Source: a virus
Lineage: Duplodnaviria; Caudoviricetes
IMG/VR virus record: IMGVR_UViG_3300046615_000768
Location: 1 to 64,000 of that record
Direction: 5' to 3' (one strand)
Length of the DNA stretch: 64,000 bases
Shown: positions 61,001 to 64,000 of the stretch, piece after piece
Position numbering within the stretch: position 1 is the first letter of the stretch
Layout of the letters: each line of letters begins with the position of its first letter
Notes under the pieces: model-generated
What the model was told of the DNA's origin: nothing
Database searches by the model: none
The model's input: the letters and a program-made list of their open reading frames with translations, nothing else
Translations under genes and position numbers: made by a program

Positions 61001-64000
61001 AAAAGCCGAGCTGACGAAGGTGGAAATGTTCTCGGCCCAGCTGGCCGGCTACGACAGCCAGGTCAAGGCCAAGTCCTCCGAGTACGAGGGCTACAAACAC
61101 CAGGTGGACGCGCAGAACATCAAGGGCGACCTGTACAAGTCGCAGATGATGGGCTTCGATTCCATGGTGAAAGCCAAAGGCCAGGAATTCGAGAACTACG
61201 CCAACCTGTCCAGGAACGAACTGAACAAGGTCGAAGCCTACCGGGCCGAGCTGCTCGGCTTCGATTCGGCGGTGAAAGCCAAGGGGCAGGAATACGCCAA
61301 CTACGAAGCGCAGACGCGCGCCGAAGGCATCAAGGCCGATCTCTACCGCGCCGACGTGGCCGGCTTCGAGGCGCAGGTGCGGGCGAAGGGGCAGGAGTAC
61401 GAGAATTACGCCAACCTGACCCGTGCCGAGCTGAACAAGGTGGAGGCCTTCCGTGCCGAACTGCTCGGGTTCGACTCCCTGGTCAAGGCCAAAGGGCAGG
61501 AATACACGAACTACGAGGCGCAGGCCCGTGCCGAGCTGACCAAGGTCGAGGCCTACCGCGCCGCGGTGTCCGCGTTCGAGGCGCAAGTGCGCGCCAAAGG
61601 GCAGGAATACGAGAACTTCAACATTCTGTCCAAGACCGAGCTGAACAAGCTCGAAGTCTACCGTGCCGAACTGCTCGGGTACGACTCGGCGGTCAAGGCG
61701 AAGGGCCAGGAAGTGGCGACCTACGAGGCGCAAACCCGCGCCGAGTCCGTCAAGGCCGACCTGTACCGCGCCGACGTGGCCGGCTTCGAGGCGCAGGTCC
61801 GTGCGAAGGGCCAGGAGTACGAGAACTACGCCAACTTGTCGAAAAACGAACTGAACAAGATCGAGGCGTTCCGCGCCGAACTGCTCGGTTTCGATTCGCT
61901 GGTCAAGGCCAAGGGCCAGGAGTACCAGAACTATGAAGCGCAAACGCGCGCCGAGCTGACGAAAGTCGAGGCCTTCCGCGCTGCCGTGGCCGCGTTCGAG
62001 GCACAGGTCCGCGCCAAGGGACAGGAGTACGAGAATTTCAATATCCTGTCCAAGACCGAACTGAACAAGCTGGAGGTCTACCGCGCCGAGCTGCTGGGCG
62101 TCGATTCCGTCATCAAGGCGCACGGCCAGGAAGTGGCGAGCTACGAGGCGCAGACCCGCGCCGAGGGCGTCAAAGCCGACCTGTACCGGGCCGAAGTGGC
62201 CGGCTACGAGGCCACCGTGCGCGCCAAGGGACAGGAATACGAGAATTTTGCGACCCTGTCCAAGAACGAGCTGAACAAGGTCGAGGTGTTCCGCGCCGCG
62301 CTGCTCGGGTTCGATTCGCTCGTGAAAGCGAAAGGGCAGGAGTACCAGAACTACGAGGCGCAGGCGCGCGCCCAGGCCGTCAACGCCGACTTCTACCGGG
62401 CCGAGATCGCCGGCTTCGAGGCGCAGGTCGCGGCCAAGCGCGCCGAGTACGAGCACTACACCCAGCAGGCGACCGTGGACGCCCGCAAGGTCGACCTGTA
62501 CCGGGCCGAGATTGCCGGCTTCGAGGCGCAGATCCGCGCCAAGGAATCGGAATACGCCGCCTATAAAGCGCAGGTCGACGCGCAGATGGTCATGGCCGAA
62601 ATCTACAAGGCCAGCCTGGCCGGTTTCGACAGCCAGGTGCGCGCGAAGATCGCCGAGTTCGACAATTTTAAAACCCTCTCGCAGGTGCAGCTGAACATCG
62701 TCGAGGTCTACAAGGCCGAGCTGGTGGGTTACGAGGCGCAGGTCAAGGCGAAGGGCCAGGAATACCAGAACTACGAGGCGCAAACGCGGGCCGAAGGCAT
62801 CAAGGCCGACCTGTTCCGCGCGGAAGTGGCCGGGTTCGATTCGCAGGTGGGCGCCAAGCGGGCCGAGTACGAAAATTACTCGCAGCAGGTGCGCGCCGAA
62901 TTGAACAAGGTCGAGGCCTACCGCGCCATGCTGTCGGGCTTCGAGGCGCAGATCAAGGCCAAGGAGGTCGAGTTCAGCGGTTACGAGGCGCAGAACCGCG
63001 CGCAGACGGTCGACGCCGAGATTTACAAGGCGCAGATCAGCGGCTTCGACGCCGAAGTGCGCGCCAAGTCGGCCGAATACGAGCAGTTCGCCACCCTGTC
63101 GAAGACCCAGCTCAACGAGATCGAGGTCTACCGCGCCCAGCTGCTCGGGTTCGACTCGCAGGTGAAAGCCAAGGGCCAGGAATACGGCAACTACGAGGCA
63201 CAGGCACGGGCGGAAGCGGTCAAGGCCGATATCTACCGGGCCGAAATCGCCGGTTTCGAGGCGCAGGTGAAGGCCAAGAGCGCCGAGTTCGAGAACTTCG
63301 CCACCCTGACGCGCGCCGAGCTGAACAAGATCGAGGCCTTCAAGGCCGAACTGCTCGGTTTCGACAGCCAGGTCCGTGCCAAGGGGCAGGAATACGCGCA
63401 CTACGAGGTCCAGTACAAGGGCGAGGCCCTGAAAGCGGAAGTGTTCCGCAACCAGCTGGCCGGCTTCGAGACGATGGTGCGCGCCAAGGCCGCCGAGTAC
63501 GAGGCCTACCGCTCGCGCATCCAGGCCGAACTGTCCAAGATCGAGGTCTACAAGGGCCAGCTGATGGGCTTCGAGGCCCAGGTCAAGGCGAAGGATTCCG
63601 AGTTCAGCAACTACGAACAGCGCGTGCGCGCCGAACTGGTTCACTCGGAAATCTACCGCAACCAGCTGCTCGGCTTCGATTCTCTGGTCAAGGCCAAGGC
63701 GACCGAATACGAGGCCTACGGCACGCGCGTCAAAGCCGAGGCGATCAAGGTCGACATGTTCGGGCAGGAGGTTGGCGCGTTCAAGTCGCGCACCGACGCC
63801 TACGGCATGCTGGTCAACGCCAAGCTCGGCCAGGCCAACCTGAACTTCAAGCAGAGCGCGGAATATCCGCTCGAAGTGTTCAAGAGCCAGGTGCAGGGCT
63901 ACCAGTCCGGCGTGGCGGCCGAGGCCGAACGATTGCGCGCCAATGCCACGCTCTTCGATACGAGGGTGAAGGCCTACGCCGCGACCGAGAACACGCACAA
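58047..64000 (+). CDS. Giant repeat protein (>1980 aa, 3' end outside the window); absent from the ORF track
   Basis: GGAG RBS, start MAGRIGGG; 19-aa Pro-rich repeats followed by 35-aa helical repeats; strong host-like codon pattern. Confidence 0.85.
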   Translation, partial: MAGRIGGGFTPVGPVAPATAAGPAPGADPARPADPARPADAAKPAEPATAVDQAPWIEGRATGVVEGYMSSSQSLAEEAHREAMRAITELGMFQANLPFLGMPNIPIPEVPLEPLGQAPVEPDNLVAAFPSAPTAPQIGTLPAIEVGPAPEFNVATPFLLDIPLPDPLAAVPPTAPVLTPVPVPSALTATVPTAPTLADVPAPDAFTAQVPDSPVITAPDMPTPLSANLPGAPSLSQLQAPSNLSVSAPAAPQINVVPVPGALDATLPAAPTLAALDAPSPLASTLPSAPQRNVVPVPGALAAEAPGALTLNEVPVPAPLTATAPQAPTLNAIVVPDPLAATLPSVPTLSELVQPSPLDAQLPVAPDQTAVAVPQPLQASAPLVPNLVEPDRPAPLAAVLPQAPQLTPVDVPAAFDASLPGLPVLNDPSAPSPLAIDAPLPPQLSAIAAPSSLAVNLPGAPVLDQFAVPAALAVDAPAAPELATIAAPAPLNATLPGAPTLSQFAVPTPFDTPAPVAPELAVIAVPGAITTALPDAPVLDQFAAPAALALDAPVAPELATPAVPAPLDATVPGAPTLSQFAVPTPFDTAAPVAPELSVIAVPGALTTALPDAPLLAEIPAPSPFDLAPPEVPQLAAIAVPAPLDATLPTAPVVNEIETPAPLDAALPAAPQLADVVLPLEPDFVFPSVPTMAGLNLPDVPILDLPLYNDTLRAGPDAPDTNFTWAEVEYNTTLLGTMNSRLVELVNGATTGLDPVVEQAIWNRGRDRQALITQRGVEEATRLFAGRGFKIPGGTLVRIVQQAVQEGMNADSDLSRDVMIKQAELEQANFQFAFNLAMQLESRLIEHYNSVQTRSLDAAKFTVASAIDLFNARISLFQADVQAFSAKAEVFKTRLQAALAQLDIYKAELEGQKLIGEINSQAVAVYTAQIDAVKSMADVYRTRVDAVKVRIEADASKVEMYRAQLAGFESQVRAKSSEYEGYATRVKAELTKVEMFSAQLAGYDSQVKAKSSEYEGYKHQVDAQNIKGDLYKSQMMGFDSMVKAKGQEFENYANLSRNELNKVEAYRAELLGFDSAVKAKGQEYANYEAQTRAEGIKADLYRADVAGFEAQVRAKGQEYENYANLTRAELNKVEAFRAELLGFDSLVKAKGQEYTNYEAQARAELTKVEAYRAAVSAFEAQVRAKGQEYENFNILSKTELNKLEVYRAELLGYDSAVKAKGQEVATYEAQTRAESVKADLYRADVAGFEAQVRAKGQEYENYANLSKNELNKIEAFRAELLGFDSLVKAKGQEYQNYEAQTRAELTKVEAFRAAVAAFEAQVRAKGQEYENFNILSKTELNKLEVYRAELLGVDSVIKAHGQEVASYEAQTRAEGVKADLYRAEVAGYEATVRAKGQEYENFATLSKNELNKVEVFRAALLGFDSLVKAKGQEYQNYEAQARAQAVNADFYRAEIAGFEAQVAAKRAEYEHYTQQATVDARKVDLYRAEIAGFEAQIRAKESEYAAYKAQVDAQMVMAEIYKASLAGFDSQVRAKIAEFDNFKTLSQVQLNIVEVYKAELVGYEAQVKAKGQEYQNYEAQTRAEGIKADLFRAEVAGFDSQVGAKRAEYENYSQQVRAELNKVEAYRAMLSGFEAQIKAKEVEFSGYEAQNRAQTVDAEIYKAQISGFDAEVRAKSAEYEQFATLSKTQLNEIEVYRAQLLGFDSQVKAKGQEYGNYEAQARAEAVKADIYRAEIAGFEAQVKAKSAEFENFATLTRAELNKIEAFKAELLGFDSQVRAKGQEYAHYEVQYKGEALKAEVFRNQLAGFETMVRAKAAEYEAYRSRIQAELSKIEVYKGQLMGFEAQVKAKDSEFSNYEQRVRAELVHSEIYRNQLLGFDSLVKAKATEYEAYGTRVKAEAIKVDMFGQEVGAFKSRTDAYGMLVNAKLGQANLNFKQSAEYPLEVFKSQVQGYQSGVAAEAERLRANATLFDTRVKAYAATENTH
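60900..63800 (+). repeat. 105-bp (35-aa) tandem coding repeat, about 27 units
   Basis: GC(C/G)AA(G/A) of the AK motif recurs every 105 bp (for example 61172, 61277, 61382 ... 63692). Confidence 0.9.

Larger units (their letters stand above)
1..64000. mobile_element. Temperate tailed phage with a plasmid replicon (phage-plasmid); extends beyond the window on both sides
   Basis: TrfA, iterons and ParAB occur together with CI/Cro, terminase, portal, capsid and tail genes; no host housekeeping genes and no integrase in the window. Confidence 0.85.

Noticed and set aside
55935-63998. 2687-aa minus-strand ORF in the track
   Set aside because: Antisense shadow of GC-biased plus-strand genes (56025-58022 and 58047 onward); the protein is low-complexity Arg/Gly/Leu with no RBS or motifs
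1-64000. tRNA, rRNA, integrase, holin-endolysin or IS elements
   Set aside because: None recognised by eye; lysis and any integration genes may lie outside the window, and tRNAscan was not run

Overview
The whole window is one temperate tailed-phage genome segment in a GC-rich host, probably Oxalobacteraceae (Massilia-like). It appears to be a phage-plasmid. The left part carries a plasmid maintenance module: a TrfA-family initiator with six iterons, DnaA boxes and an AT-rich tract, ParA/ParB with two identical palindromic parS-like sites, and H-NS. No integrase is visible. Next come a lambdoid recombination and immunity region (NinB, SSB, exonuclease, CI/Cro), a helicase-primase replication module and a Q-like late regulator. 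The late region holds a tail-like cassette, terS/terL, portal, scaffold, major capsid, head completion and tail genes, and a giant repeat protein that runs off the right end. The main discovery is that the major capsid gene, which the ORF track only shows in part, is split into four exons by three compact ORF-less group I introns (44228-44503, 44633-44860, 45575-45836). Precise removal gives a 314-aa N4-gp56-like capsid protein. Introns 1 and 3 are sister ribozymes inserted at matching Leu-Gly|Gly sites. The large terminase also carries an in-frame TGT-TGA just before its Walker A lysine. Other notable items: a CI with the catalytic Lys replaced by Arg, an RNAP alpha-CTD mimic, a methyltransferase-GT9 fusion and an Ntn-protease-like gene beside the head genes, a portal with a long extra C-terminal tail, and antisense islands with their own sigma70 promoters inside the late region. 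All assignments come from motif recognition by eye; no database searches were run.
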